A DNA stretch of 64,000 nucleotides from Minisyncoccota bacterium (GTDB lineage: Bacteria; Patescibacteriota; Minisyncoccia; Phycocordibacterales; UBA9973), in contig JARLIG010000009.1 of the NCBI GenBank assembly GCA_031291825.1, positions 65,281 through 129,280 of the forward strand. Direction: 5' to 3'. The position numbers were made by a program, and so were the translations under genes. Shown piece by piece: positions 19,076 through 28,644 of this stretch (positions are counted from its first letter, which is position 1; the number at the start of each line of letters is the position of its first letter). The notes below the pieces were generated by a model, which was not told where the DNA came from, did no database searches, and was given only the letters and a program-made list of their open reading frames with translations.

Positions 19076-20452
19076 TTAGAAATCCAACACCACACTGCTC
19101 CCTTGTTCTGGCGCGGAAGCATTGAGTCCTAGATTGTCACGAATTTTTTGTACTAAAAACATTTCCGATTTTGGTTCTCCCATTACGACGAAAATTCTTT
19201 TGACTGTATCTTGCATATATGACACAAATTCGAGCAAATGGTCAGAATCTTTATGCCCAGAATATCCAGAAATTATTACGATATGTGCTCGAACAATAAC
19301 CTCTTCACCAGAAATACGTACTGTTTTCATTCCCTCTTCAATCAAACGCCCAGGTGTGCCGACAGACTGATAACCAGTCAAAAGCAATGTATTGTTCGCA
19401 TTCGGTAGATAATGTCTCTCATGATGCACTACTCGTCCGCCAGTAGACATGCCACTCCCAGCAATCACTATCTTTGGGTCTGGCACGGTGCCAATCAGCT
19501 TGGATTCTTCGGAACGAAGCGTACTATGTAATCCAGGGAAATCAAATAAATATTTTCCAGGAGAAATCATTGCTTGTGCGGCATCATTAAAATATTCTTT
19601 ATATTGCTTGAAAACTTCTGTCAGACGGATAGCCAACGGAGAATCAAAAAATATCGGCATCACTGGAATACGGTCATTTGTCACCATACCATCCAATTCA
19701 AAAAGAAGTTCTTGTGAACGTTCCAAAGAAAAAGTCGGAATAACTAGTGTTCCTTTTCTCTTGTAATTATCTTGAATCGTTTCTGCTAAAAACTTTTGAC
19801 GGTCATTTCTGTCTTCGTGGTTGCGGTCGCCATAGACACTTTCCATTATCAAATAGTCCGCATCAGTAATCTTTTCCGTATCGGGCAAAATTGGCGAAGG
19901 ACTATTACCTAAATCTCCTGTGAAAACAATTTTTTTGCCGTTATAAATAAATTCCACCATCGCGGACCCTAAAATATGTCCGGCATTTAAAAAATTAACC
20001 GTCACGTTTGGAGTGATTTTTATATCTTCATGATATTTAAAGCCTTGCCAGAGTGAAAGTGAAAGTTTGATATTCTCTGCAGAATAAATTTTATCTAAAC
20101 CTAGTTCCGTATTTTTGCTTAAAATTCCAGCGGTATCTTCGAGCATCGGCAAAGCTAATCCATGCGTCGGCTCAGTGGAATAAATTTTACCGCGGAAGCC
20201 TTCTTCTATTAATTTTGGCACTCGGCCTAGATGGTCTACGTGCGCATGCGTTACAAAAAGTATATCTATTTCTTTTGGATTATAAGTAAATGGGTCCCAG
20301 TTTATGTCATCTGCCACTTTGGCGCCTTGGGTTAATCCGCAATCAACTAAAACTCTTAGGCCATCAATTTCCAATAGAAAATTTGCGCCAGTAACTGAAC
20401 CTGTTCCTCCGTAAAATGTCACCTTGGCTGTTTTGCCTGTTGTATTTTCCAT
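19076..20452 (-). CDS. MBL-fold beta-CASP ribonuclease/hydrolase (CPSF73/RNase-J-like, short form)
   Basis: HAHVDHLGRVP (HxHxDH), beta-CASP region, ~460 aa; probable start at MENTTGKT. Confidence 0.6.
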   Translation of the reverse strand: MENTTGKTAKVTFYGGTGSVTGANFLLEIDGLRVLVDCGLTQGAKVADDINWDPFTYNPKEIDILFVTHAHVDHLGRVPKLIEEGFRGKIYSTEPTHGLALPMLEDTAGILSKNTELGLDKIYSAENIKLSLSLWQGFKYHEDIKITPNVTVNFLNAGHILGSAMVEFIYNGKKIVFTGDLGNSPSPILPDTEKITDADYLIMESVYGDRNHEDRNDRQKFLAETIQDNYKRKGTLVIPTFSLERSQELLFELDGMVTNDRIPVMPIFFDSPLAIRLTEVFKQYKEYFNDAAQAMISPGKYLFDFPGLHSTLRSEESKLIGTVPDPKIVIAGSGMSTGGRVVHHERHYLPNANNTLLLTGYQSVGTPGRLIEEGMKTVRISGEEVIVRAHIVIISGYSGHKDSDHLLEFVSYMQDTVKRIFVVMGEPKSEMFLVQKIRDNLGLNASAPEQGSSVVLDF

Positions 20453-20484
20453 TATTTGTATATTGTACCCCATTTGTAAAAAAA

Positions 20485-20517
20485 AATCCGCAATTATGCG
20501 GAATTCTTTTTAGGACT
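20485..20517. terminator. hairpin TCCGCAATTATGCGGA flanked by A-run/T-run (bidirectional terminator-like)
   Basis: Perfect 6-bp stem with AAAAAAAAA upstream and ATTCTTTTT downstream. Confidence 0.4.
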
Positions 20518-20720
20518 ATCTCGGATGTATTACCATAGCTTAAAGCTAAGTGGGTGTTAGACGTTTGAAACCAAGGCTTCACTCGATCGAAACTCCCATA
20601 AATTAGTGTTCTAGGTAATAATCAGAAATAACCCTACCTAAACTATACACTCCGTAAAATTTTCTGCAACCTAGACGAACTATTTTTTTTGTTTTCGAAT
20701 GAATTCAAGAAAAAATTTAA

Positions 20721-21260
20721 TTAAAAATGCATATCAAACCAATTCAAACCGTAATTTTTTGTAATTACATCTCTCTCGCCGAGAGGAGTTGCTATTTTAC
20801 TTTCAAAACCAAATAATTTAATTGCTTCTTGAATGCTTTCTTCGCTGTTCCCTTCTATTTCTAAATAAGCAGGCATTTTAGGATATTGATCTAAGTCAAA
20901 TCTCCAATCCTTGTACTTCCATGAAATACGATCTTTTTCTTGGTGACCATAAATTTCTAAACCTATCTCCAAAAACAACTCTTCACACGACTTAAGGTCC
21001 GTAATTTTTAAATTTATTTCTTTTTTTGTACTAGAGGCGCCTAAGTGTTCTCTTTTGCCTTTCCAGGTAATTTCACTATTCCCTTCGCTGTCTGTTCTAA
21101 TGCGCAGAAACCAAGGATATTTACCTTCTTCGTGGTTTGGTGCTTTAAACCAATCAACTGAAAGCCGTGTATCAAGAATTTTCTCTGCATTCAATTCAAG
21201 CATTTTTTCTCTAAATTTATTTACATCCACCTCTAAAATTTTTGTTTCTATTTCTTGCAT
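20721..21260 (-). CDS. CYTH-domain protein (triphosphate tunnel metalloenzyme; class IV adenylate cyclase/thiamine-triphosphatase-like)
   Basis: N-terminal EIETKILEVD (ExExK CYTH signature) and size ~180 aa. Confidence 0.55.
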   Translation of the reverse strand: MQEIETKILEVDVNKFREKMLELNAEKILDTRLSVDWFKAPNHEEGKYPWFLRIRTDSEGNSEITWKGKREHLGASSTKKEINLKITDLKSCEELFLEIGLEIYGHQEKDRISWKYKDWRFDLDQYPKMPAYLEIEGNSEESIQEAIKLFGFESKIATPLGERDVITKNYGLNWFDMHF

Positions 21261-21276
21261 AAAATTATCTTAACAT

Positions 21277-21298
21277 AAAATCCCCTTTCGGGGATTTT
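21277..21298. terminator. intrinsic terminator AAAATCCCCTTTCGGGGATTTTAT downstream of ndk
   Basis: GC hairpin plus T-run. Confidence 0.55.
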
Positions 21299-21310
21299 AT
21301 CAATTATTAT

Positions 21311-21895
21311 TTACTCGTCTATTCCATAACGCTTGTAATCATACGTCTCACCATCTCCAAACCAATGTTTAATCTCATGCTCTGCCTCTTCTGGAGTCTC
21401 AGAACAGTGTATGATGTTTGCCACAGCTCGCTTTTCTTTGTTTGCAAGAGCAGGACTGTCTACAGAAAAATCTCCGCGAATAGTGCCCACAGCCGCGAGA
21501 TACGGCATAGTTTCCCCTGCAACCTTACGGACTACGTCTACTGCGTGAGTACCTTGCACTACTATCTTTACAAGTGGTGCGGACTTCATAAAATCAAGAA
21601 GCCACTTGCGAATTTCCGGACCAATTTTTTCCGGTTCAATGGTGCCAAAGTCTAGCATCGCATCATAGCCATATTTCTGATAAGTAGAGAGGGTCTTTTG
21701 TCCCAATCTGGTTATCCAAGCTTCATCTTTTGGGTAGTGATTGTGTAGCTGGTCATGAGTAGGCTGAAACATTTCAAGCGCCACGATCTTTAAATCTCGC
21801 TGTTCAAAACGACTAATAATTTCGCCAATAAGGCCCTTTCGAACTCCGTCTGGCTTTATCATCACATATGTTCTCTCTTTTTTTGGATCTGTCAT
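21311..21895 (-). CDS. ndk: nucleoside diphosphate kinase (long form)
   Basis: ERTYVMIKPDGVRKGLIGEIISRFE ... NIIHCSETPEEAEHEIKHWF (NIIHGSD motif). Confidence 0.85.
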   Translation of the reverse strand: MTDPKKERTYVMIKPDGVRKGLIGEIISRFEQRDLKIVALEMFQPTHDQLHNHYPKDEAWITRLGQKTLSTYQKYGYDAMLDFGTIEPEKIGPEIRKWLLDFMKSAPLVKIVVQGTHAVDVVRKVAGETMPYLAAVGTIRGDFSVDSPALANKEKRAVANIIHCSETPEEAEHEIKHWFGDGETYDYKRYGIDE

Positions 21896-21938
21896 AAATT
21901 CTATCTTAGCAGAAAAAAGTTTTTTTGTAAAATTTTAT

Positions 21939-22454
21939 TTATTTAAAAACACTAGTCGTGTCATAGCCCAATTCTTTCGCCCGAGCGATAGATTTTTTGA
22001 AAAAATAAATCCAATGGTCATAATCTTTTTCCTGATTTCTAGAATTCCAATTCTCTAAAATTTCCTGCGCCGTTACCCATTCCAGAGTAAATTTTTCATG
22101 CGCCTCAAGTTGAGTTGACATCAATTTGGTACTTTTTAAGATTACCAGAAAACATGTCGCGTGTGCCACGCGGTCGACATTTTTTAATGTATTGTGGAAA
22201 TGACACAAAGCTTCGGCAATTTTTTCAACATAAAGAAAATCAGACAATCCACTTTCTTCTCTAACCTCTCGAAGAACGCCATCTTTAATATCTTCGCCTA
22301 CGTTAACACCTCCAGAAAAAAGCCGGTACAAACCACTTTCCTGTTTACCAACTGCGTACTTCTGACTTTGCGGGTCAAAAACAACTCCGCATCCACCATC
22401 TCGACGTTCTTCCTTTTCTCTCTTTATTCCAAATTCAGGAATATCAGTTTCCAT
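21939..22454 (-). CDS. NUDIX hydrolase
   Basis: Nudix box GGVNVGEDIKDGVLREVREESGL; 5 nt from the start of the next gene, so operonic. Confidence 0.75.
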   Translation of the reverse strand: METDIPEFGIKREKEERRDGGCGVVFDPQSQKYAVGKQESGLYRLFSGGVNVGEDIKDGVLREVREESGLSDFLYVEKIAEALCHFHNTLKNVDRVAHATCFLVILKSTKLMSTQLEAHEKFTLEWVTAQEILENWNSRNQEKDYDHWIYFFKKSIARAKELGYDTTSVFK

Positions 22455-22459
22455 AAATT

Positions 22460-25228
22460 TTATTCCATTGAACTAAATCTTGCCATAATCTCAGCCTCGA
22501 CTTCTTCCCTGTCTCGACCATATTTTTCGTAAGAAAGTTGCTTTAAGCTGTCCACCACATCCATACTACTGCCTTTTTCTGGCGGAAGAGTTTTTATATT
22601 AAAAGGTTTAGTTGGCTGACCATTAACAAGCATATTCACATACGCATTGTAGTTATCTAGTTTCGTTATGTCAGATGCGCTAAATTGAGGTTTAAATCTT
22701 GGTTCCAAAAATGTCGCGTCTTCGGTGCCGACACGGAAGACAGCCATCGAGCCTACGTTTCCAAATACGGCATTTTTAATATTGTCTTCCAACTGAGCAA
22801 TGTATTGATGAGCGATATTCAAGGAAAGTCTATACTTGCGCGCTTCGGACAAAATAGAAGCTATGGAATCCGTTGTGACATTTTGGAACTCGTCAATGTA
22901 AAGATAAAAATCATTCATCGGTTTACCGAACATATCTACTCGTGAGAGTGCCGCCATTTGAATCTTTCCAACCAACACAAGACCAATAAGATTTGCGTTA
23001 ATATCGCCGAGTCTGCCCTTGGAAAGATTCACAAGAAGAATTTTTTTCTCGTCCATAATTTTTCGGAAATTGAAAACTGAATTTTGTTGCAACACGACTG
23101 GACGCATGATATCGTTCGAAATAAAATTATCAAATTTGGAAGAAATATAAGGAACGAAGTTTGCCAAGGATTGGTCTCCAGTCGTCTGTTCGGCGGAAAT
23201 CCAAAACTGTTTGATGATTGGATTCTTGCAACGAGAAAGTTTCAAGTCACGGAATTCTTTGTCTGCCAAAACACGTGTAATTTCCAGTAAAGTTGAACCC
23301 GACTCTGGGTCTTCCATCACCAAAAATGCACTATTTCTAAAATATTGTTCAAACATCGCTCCGCCGCCGACTTTCATATCAAAGAGTTTATTAAAAATTC
23401 CCATCATTTCGTTCACCACAAAAGTTTTCTGTTCGGGATATTTCGGGTCATATTCAAGCATGTTAAGTCCCATCGGTCGAGCTGTGTAAGCTGGGTCAAA
23501 ATAAATCACATCGTCAATACGTTCAGGCGGAATACGAGACAAAATAGTTTGAATGTCTGTGCCGTGCGGGTCAATATAGCAACAACCGTCTCCATTTCGG
23601 ATGTCCTGCGTAATCATATTGAGCATGATATTTGTCTTTCCAGTACCAGTCTGACCGATAACATAAAAATGTCGCATACGGTCTTCACGTGCCAAATGAA
23701 TTTCTGTGTCTCGTCCCCGATAACTGTTTACCCCTATGACTATTCCCTGCTGTCCCATCTCAATTGGTGCTGGCGCAATACCCGCTTTCGCTTCCTTGAG
23801 CTGTGGCTGTCCGCCGATACCAACTGGGAAATGAAACACCGAAGATAATTCTTGTAAATTCAAAGGCAAAGTATGTTCGGCAGAAAATGTGCGGTAAGAA
23901 AAATCATGGAAAAGTTGTTTTAGTTCGCTGCCATTCGCCTGCTCAAAAACAAAAGAATTACTAGCCGCTTCAGAAAACTGATTGAAGGATGACTCTATCT
24001 CTTTCAAAACAGCTTCTGCTCGTTCTCTGGTAGTACCTGAAGCCACCACACGAATATTTGCTTTCATGATGGTGCTTTTTATTTTGTTGCCTATCTTTTC
24101 AGCTGCGCCTTCATCTATTGCTCTCCTGCCTTTAATGGATTTTTCTTTAACTTCTTCTTTTTTTTCTTTATATCCAAACAAAAGGCCCTTGCCTGCTTTC
24201 AAAAAAGCATGGTTGATTTTATAAAAATTATCAGCCGCATTTTTTACCGAATAACCATCCTTAACATCGTCCAAAATTTTATGAAACTCATTAATAAATT
24301 TTTCTCCAGCCGGCATAATCACAACCTGAATCGCTGCGCCCTCTCCCGCAGTTTTTAATTGAGAAAAAACATTTAAGATTGGATTCATCGGGTCATGTTC
24401 TATCTTGTCATAAGTTTTAATCGGCATTACGTCACGCTGTGTAAAGCTAGCATAGGCGCCAACTGAAAAGCCACCATCGTTGAACACATTGTAGTCATCT
24501 GTCACTTCACGAATCTTAGCATTATGATAGAAGGCTAAAATTTGTTTTTCAAAAAGAGAGATGTGTTTGTTTGGTATCGCAGCAAAAACAACAACTTCGT
24601 CGGTGTTAATACCCAGCCCTACTTCCAAAACAAAATAATTTTCTTTTTCATTATACTTACCTTCACCGATGGACTGCATCCCAGCATAAAATTGTTCCAT
24701 CGCGCCGATGAACTCTTTGAAACCTTTTGATTTATCTGCTTCATCGACTGACGGCGGAAGCGTAATTTCAAAAAGTGTCATATTGAGAGCTTTGTATTGA
24801 GGAGAACTTTCTTTAAAATCAAGCTTAGCATATCCATTCTTTATGTATTGAATAAGAATTCGATGAAAATCAGCATCAATATGTGGATTATTCATAGCCT
24901 CCACCACACTAAGTGCGTTCCTAACACCTTTAGTGATGACAATCCCCAAAAGTTCTTCCATCACATTATCGTGCGGCTCAGGACGCAAAGCTAAAACGAT
25001 ACTCTCCACTTCTTTTTCTTTTAAGATATTGCTCTTGTGAACAAATTCTTCAGCTGGTATTTCTTTGTATAGGCCAATGACATCTTTCGCAGCATCATCT
25101 CCCGCGTTTTCTATGTGTCCGATATTAATCAATTCCTTCTCACGCATTTCTACATGCGCACGCAAATAATTGAGCTCGTCTTCAGGAGTTTTAAACTTCG
25201 GCATTTCTCTGAAAAAGGATGGTTCCAT
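22460..25228 (-). CDS. large cytoplasmic P-loop ATPase with C-terminal VirD4/TraG (type IV coupling protein)/HerA-FtsK-like domain and ~500-aa unknown N-terminal region
   Basis: Walker A GQTGTGKT, CCYIDPHGT (xxDPKGE-like), Walker B LYIDEF, IAHQYIAQL...FGNVGSMAVFRVG (T4CP Q/AQL motif); no N-terminal TM helices. Confidence 0.5.
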   Translation of the reverse strand: MEPSFFREMPKFKTPEDELNYLRAHVEMREKELINIGHIENAGDDAAKDVIGLYKEIPAEEFVHKSNILKEKEVESIVLALRPEPHDNVMEELLGIVITKGVRNALSVVEAMNNPHIDADFHRILIQYIKNGYAKLDFKESSPQYKALNMTLFEITLPPSVDEADKSKGFKEFIGAMEQFYAGMQSIGEGKYNEKENYFVLEVGLGINTDEVVVFAAIPNKHISLFEKQILAFYHNAKIREVTDDYNVFNDGGFSVGAYASFTQRDVMPIKTYDKIEHDPMNPILNVFSQLKTAGEGAAIQVVIMPAGEKFINEFHKILDDVKDGYSVKNAADNFYKINHAFLKAGKGLLFGYKEKKEEVKEKSIKGRRAIDEGAAEKIGNKIKSTIMKANIRVVASGTTRERAEAVLKEIESSFNQFSEAASNSFVFEQANGSELKQLFHDFSYRTFSAEHTLPLNLQELSSVFHFPVGIGGQPQLKEAKAGIAPAPIEMGQQGIVIGVNSYRGRDTEIHLAREDRMRHFYVIGQTGTGKTNIMLNMITQDIRNGDGCCYIDPHGTDIQTILSRIPPERIDDVIYFDPAYTARPMGLNMLEYDPKYPEQKTFVVNEMMGIFNKLFDMKVGGGAMFEQYFRNSAFLVMEDPESGSTLLEITRVLADKEFRDLKLSRCKNPIIKQFWISAEQTTGDQSLANFVPYISSKFDNFISNDIMRPVVLQQNSVFNFRKIMDEKKILLVNLSKGRLGDINANLIGLVLVGKIQMAALSRVDMFGKPMNDFYLYIDEFQNVTTDSIASILSEARKYRLSLNIAHQYIAQLEDNIKNAVFGNVGSMAVFRVGTEDATFLEPRFKPQFSASDITKLDNYNAYVNMLVNGQPTKPFNIKTLPPEKGSSMDVVDSLKQLSYEKYGRDREEVEAEIMARFSSME

Positions 25229-25261
25229 TAGAAATATTATATCATAAAGGGTGAATTTTTG

Positions 25262-25338
25262 AATTTTGGAGACTTGCGCAGGCTGGCGAGCCGAGCAGGA
25301 AGAATTTTTTAGTAAAAAAATATCTGTGCTCCAAAATT
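25262..25338 (+). repeat. element X copy 2 (AATTTTGGAG...CTCCAAAATT terminal inverted repeats)
   Basis: See 18943-19054; lies between map and the ATPase gene, ~30 nt upstream of a TTCAAA-N16-TATAAT-N7-ATG promoter. Confidence 0.6.
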
Positions 25339-25351
25339 TAAAATATACCCT

Positions 25352-26131
25352 TTAAACTTTCGTTAAAATTTCCGGATCGCCTTCGGTAATCAAAATAGTT
25401 TTTTCAAAATGCGCGCTGGGCTTTCTATCCGCCGTACGAAAAGTCCAATCATCGTCATCAATCGTTACATTCTTTGTTCCCAGATTTAACATCGGTTCAA
25501 TAGCTATGATCATTCCAGGCACCAGCTTTGCACCTGTTCCCTTTTTACCAAAGTTTGGTACAAAAGGATCTTCGTGGATAGCCTTGCCGACACCATGCCC
25601 CGCCAAAACCTCCACAATGCCATATTTCTGCCCTTTTTCCTGTGATCGTACAAACTTCTCGATGGCATAGCCGATATCTCCAACTCTATTACCTGCCACG
25701 GCGGCATCAATTCCAACCTGTAAAGATTTCTCAGTAACTTCCAAAAGTTTTAAATTTTTTTCACTTGTTTTTCCCACGGGCACAGTTATCGCCATGTCGG
25801 TAAACATTCCGTGATGTTTAGTGCCTAAATCAAGCGAAATAATATCACCTTCTTTTAGAATTCTTGTTTTGCTGGGAATTCCATGCACCACTTCATCGTT
25901 GACCGAAACGCACAAAGTTGCCGGAAAAGGAGTCGAGGCGCCTTCTGGACGATAATTCAAAAAAGCAGGAACGTCACCCATCTCACGAATTATTTTTTCC
26001 GCATAAATATCTAAATCTTTTGTGGAGACCCCTACCGCTACTTTTTCTTTAACCTTATAAAGAACAGTCGCTAGGTTTTTACAACCCTCGCGCATTATTT
26101 CAATTTCTTCTGGTGTTTTAATTATTATCAT
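25352..26131 (-). CDS. map: methionine aminopeptidase type I
   Basis: Canonical MAP-1 fold residues (DIISLD, HGVG, metal-binding D/H/E pattern). Confidence 0.9.
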   Translation of the reverse strand: MIIIKTPEEIEIMREGCKNLATVLYKVKEKVAVGVSTKDLDIYAEKIIREMGDVPAFLNYRPEGASTPFPATLCVSVNDEVVHGIPSKTRILKEGDIISLDLGTKHHGMFTDMAITVPVGKTSEKNLKLLEVTEKSLQVGIDAAVAGNRVGDIGYAIEKFVRSQEKGQKYGIVEVLAGHGVGKAIHEDPFVPNFGKKGTGAKLVPGMIIAIEPMLNLGTKNVTIDDDDWTFRTADRKPSAHFEKTILITEGDPEILTKV

Positions 26132-26718
26132 TAAAATTCTAGCGCTTTCACAATATCTTTATGGACATCTTCGACACTTTGTTCACCATTAATTGTGTAT
26201 ATTGTATAACCTTTTTTTCCTTTAAAATAATTCATAGATGGAACAACGCTTTTTACGTATTCATCAAATCTTTTAGTGATTCCTTCATCTGTATCATCGT
26301 GTCTCCCCCTCTTTTTCAACCTTCTCACAGCCTCTTCTTTAGATATTTCAATATAAATAATATTTACATTTTCACGTTCAAAAAACTCAATCATTTTTTC
26401 AAATGAAACAGATTGATCCACCGCGCGAGGATATCCGTCAGCTATTAAATTCTTTTCTGGAGTTAGGAAAGAAATAAAAATATTAGCCATAATTGCATCA
26501 GTCAAGAATCCAGGAAGAAGTTCACCTCTAGAAAGAGGACCTTTGACTAAAGAACCGATGTAATCGTCGGATTGTGTTATTCTCCTATATTCATTACCCG
26601 GAGAAGCATAGACAGTATCTAATCCAGTTTTATTTTTAAGTAGTTCTGTTAAAAGCTTAATTTGAGTCCCCTTTCCAGCACCCGCTATTCCATAAAATAC
26701 GAAGGTTTGTGATTGCAT
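26131..26718 (-). CDS. adk: adenylate kinase
   Basis: P-loop GIAGAGKGTQ, LID and NMP-binding regions; follows secY as in the spc operon. Confidence 0.9.
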   Translation of the reverse strand: MQSQTFVFYGIAGAGKGTQIKLLTELLKNKTGLDTVYASPGNEYRRITQSDDYIGSLVKGPLSRGELLPGFLTDAIMANIFISFLTPEKNLIADGYPRAVDQSVSFEKMIEFFERENVNIIYIEISKEEAVRRLKKRGRHDDTDEGITKRFDEYVKSVVPSMNYFKGKKGYTIYTINGEQSVEDVHKDIVKALEF

Positions 26719-26791
26719 AAACTAACAATACAAAATTTGGCTTGAATAATCAAGGTTATCTTTTTACCGTAAAATATGTTTTAATAATGCT

Positions 26792-27364
26792 ATGAACAAG
26801 AAAGAAATTATTACTATTTGTGGAAGTTTGGGCAGTGGAAAGTCCAGCACCGCCAAAAAAGTGGCTCAAATTTTAGGATTTAAACATTTCTCTTCTGGAG
26901 ATTTTTTCCGCCAAGTCGGACTGGAATTAGGTTTGTCTGTCACCGAAACCAACAAAAGAGCCGAAACCGACCCGAAGATAGATGAAATGACCGACCAGAA
27001 ATTGAGAGACATGCGAGATGCCGACAGGGTTGTCATTGATTCTCGCACCGCCTATCACTGGATTCCAGAATCTTTTAAGGTTTATTTGGACCTTTCCCCT
27101 GATATTGCCAAGGAAAGAATTTTAAGCAGTATGAAAAATGACGCGCTGCGCAAACAAAGCGAGCAAGCCGAAAATAGTGAAGAAGTTTTGAAAAAGATGA
27201 CGGAACGCTTTGAAAGTGAGCAGAAAAGATATTGGGAACTTTACAAAATAGACAATACGGACAAAAATCAATTTGATCTCGTAATCGATACAAACAAAAA
27301 CAACCTTGAACAGGTTGTTAATATTATCGTAGAGGAATATAAAAAGTGGGCAGAGAATAATTAG
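26792..27364 (+). CDS. cytidylate-kinase-like P-loop NMP kinase
   Basis: ICGSLGSGKSSTAKKVAQILGFKHFSSGDFFR matches the CMP-kinase N-terminus. Confidence 0.55.
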   Translation: MNKKEIITICGSLGSGKSSTAKKVAQILGFKHFSSGDFFRQVGLELGLSVTETNKRAETDPKIDEMTDQKLRDMRDADRVVIDSRTAYHWIPESFKVYLDLSPDIAKERILSSMKNDALRKQSEQAENSEEVLKKMTERFESEQKRYWELYKIDNTDKNQFDLVIDTNKNNLEQVVNIIVEEYKKWAENN

Positions 27365-28632
27365 TATTCCCTCATTGAAACCTGAGCATCAACTTTCTTG
27401 ATGAGGTCAAGAACGACAGAGACCACGATGAGCACAGAGGTGCCGCCTAAGGCAAACGATGTATTCCCGGTTATAAATTGCATTATGAGAGGCAAGATTG
27501 CCACAACTCCTAAGAAGGATGCACCGAGCAATGTGATACGATTTAGAACATTGGAAATATAAAGAGAAGTCGATGCGCCTGGACGAATACCTGGGATGAA
27601 TGCTCCGTTCTTTTGTAAATTTTCCGATAGAGCTTCTGGGTCAAAAGTGACTGCGGTATAAAAGTATGTAAATAGGAAGACAAAGATAAAATATAGCACT
27701 GCATATAGTACCGATGTCTGGGTAAAGCCAATCAAGACATGAGAAATCTTTGAGACAATAGCATTGGAATATCTAGAAAGAAAAGCTCCGATCATTTGCG
27801 GAAAGAGCAAAATAGAAAGCGCAAAGATGATTGGGATAACTCCCGCTTGGTTCACCCGAAGTGGAAGATAAGTTGAACCACCGCTCGTCATCTTTGTCCC
27901 ACGGACACGCTTCGCATAGGTGACAGGAATTGGACGCTCCGCTTCCGTAACGAGAACAATCCCCGCCAAGATGAGTATACCCACAACTATAAAGACAAGA
28001 TATAAAGGGAGCTGAGAGATATCAAAAGTGAAAATGTGTTGGCTAACCCAAGCAGGCAGACGAGCAACGATTCCGGCAAAAATGATAAGTGACACGCCAT
28101 TACCAATACCAAATTCAGAGACGAGCTCACCAACCCACATCAAAAGAACTGAACCCGCGATAACAATGATAACGTTGGTAATACGGTCAAAAGTTGTTAG
28201 ATTAACCAAAATATTTTGTTTTTCTAAAATATACAAAAGACTGAAACCTTGGATACCCGCCAGAGGAACTGTGAGAAGTCTACTGTATTGAGCAAATTTC
28301 TTGCGGCCTGCTTCTCCTTCTTCGTGATAAATTTTCTTCAGAGCTGGCACCATGATAGTCAAAAGCTGCATGATGATAGAGCCAGTGATATAAGGACCGA
28401 CACCAAGCATGATGATAGAAAGATTGGAAAGTCCACCACCAGAGAAAATATTTAAGATACCAAAAAATTGGTTGTTATTTAAAAACTGATTCAGTTGAAC
28501 TGTATCCACTCCTGGAATCGGAATAGCTGCCAGTAATCGAAAAATTATCAACGCAAAAAACACAAACAAGACTCTCATGCGTAAAGTTTTGTCGGTCCAA
28601 ATCAACTTTATTTTATTCCAAAAATTTTGCAT
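27361..28632 (-). CDS. secY: preprotein translocase subunit SecY
   Basis: 10-TM protein with SecY signature regions; position after rplO. Confidence 0.9.
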   Translation of the reverse strand: MQNFWNKIKLIWTDKTLRMRVLFVFFALIIFRLLAAIPIPGVDTVQLNQFLNNNQFFGILNIFSGGGLSNLSIIMLGVGPYITGSIIMQLLTIMVPALKKIYHEEGEAGRKKFAQYSRLLTVPLAGIQGFSLLYILEKQNILVNLTTFDRITNVIIVIAGSVLLMWVGELVSEFGIGNGVSLIIFAGIVARLPAWVSQHIFTFDISQLPLYLVFIVVGILILAGIVLVTEAERPIPVTYAKRVRGTKMTSGGSTYLPLRVNQAGVIPIIFALSILLFPQMIGAFLSRYSNAIVSKISHVLIGFTQTSVLYAVLYFIFVFLFTYFYTAVTFDPEALSENLQKNGAFIPGIRPGASTSLYISNVLNRITLLGASFLGVVAILPLIMQFITGNTSFALGGTSVLIVVSVVLDLIKKVDAQVSMREY

Positions 28633-28644
28633 CTTACTTTTTAA

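Noticed and set aside
22151-22178. Palindrome ATGTCGCGTGTGCCACGCGGTCGACAT resembling the GTCGCG...CGCGAC intergenic motif
   Set aside because: It lies inside the well-supported NUDIX coding sequence (encodes RVAHATCF) and lacks the TGATTTTGCGAAATCA half. Probably chance similarity rather than a fourth copy of the motif.
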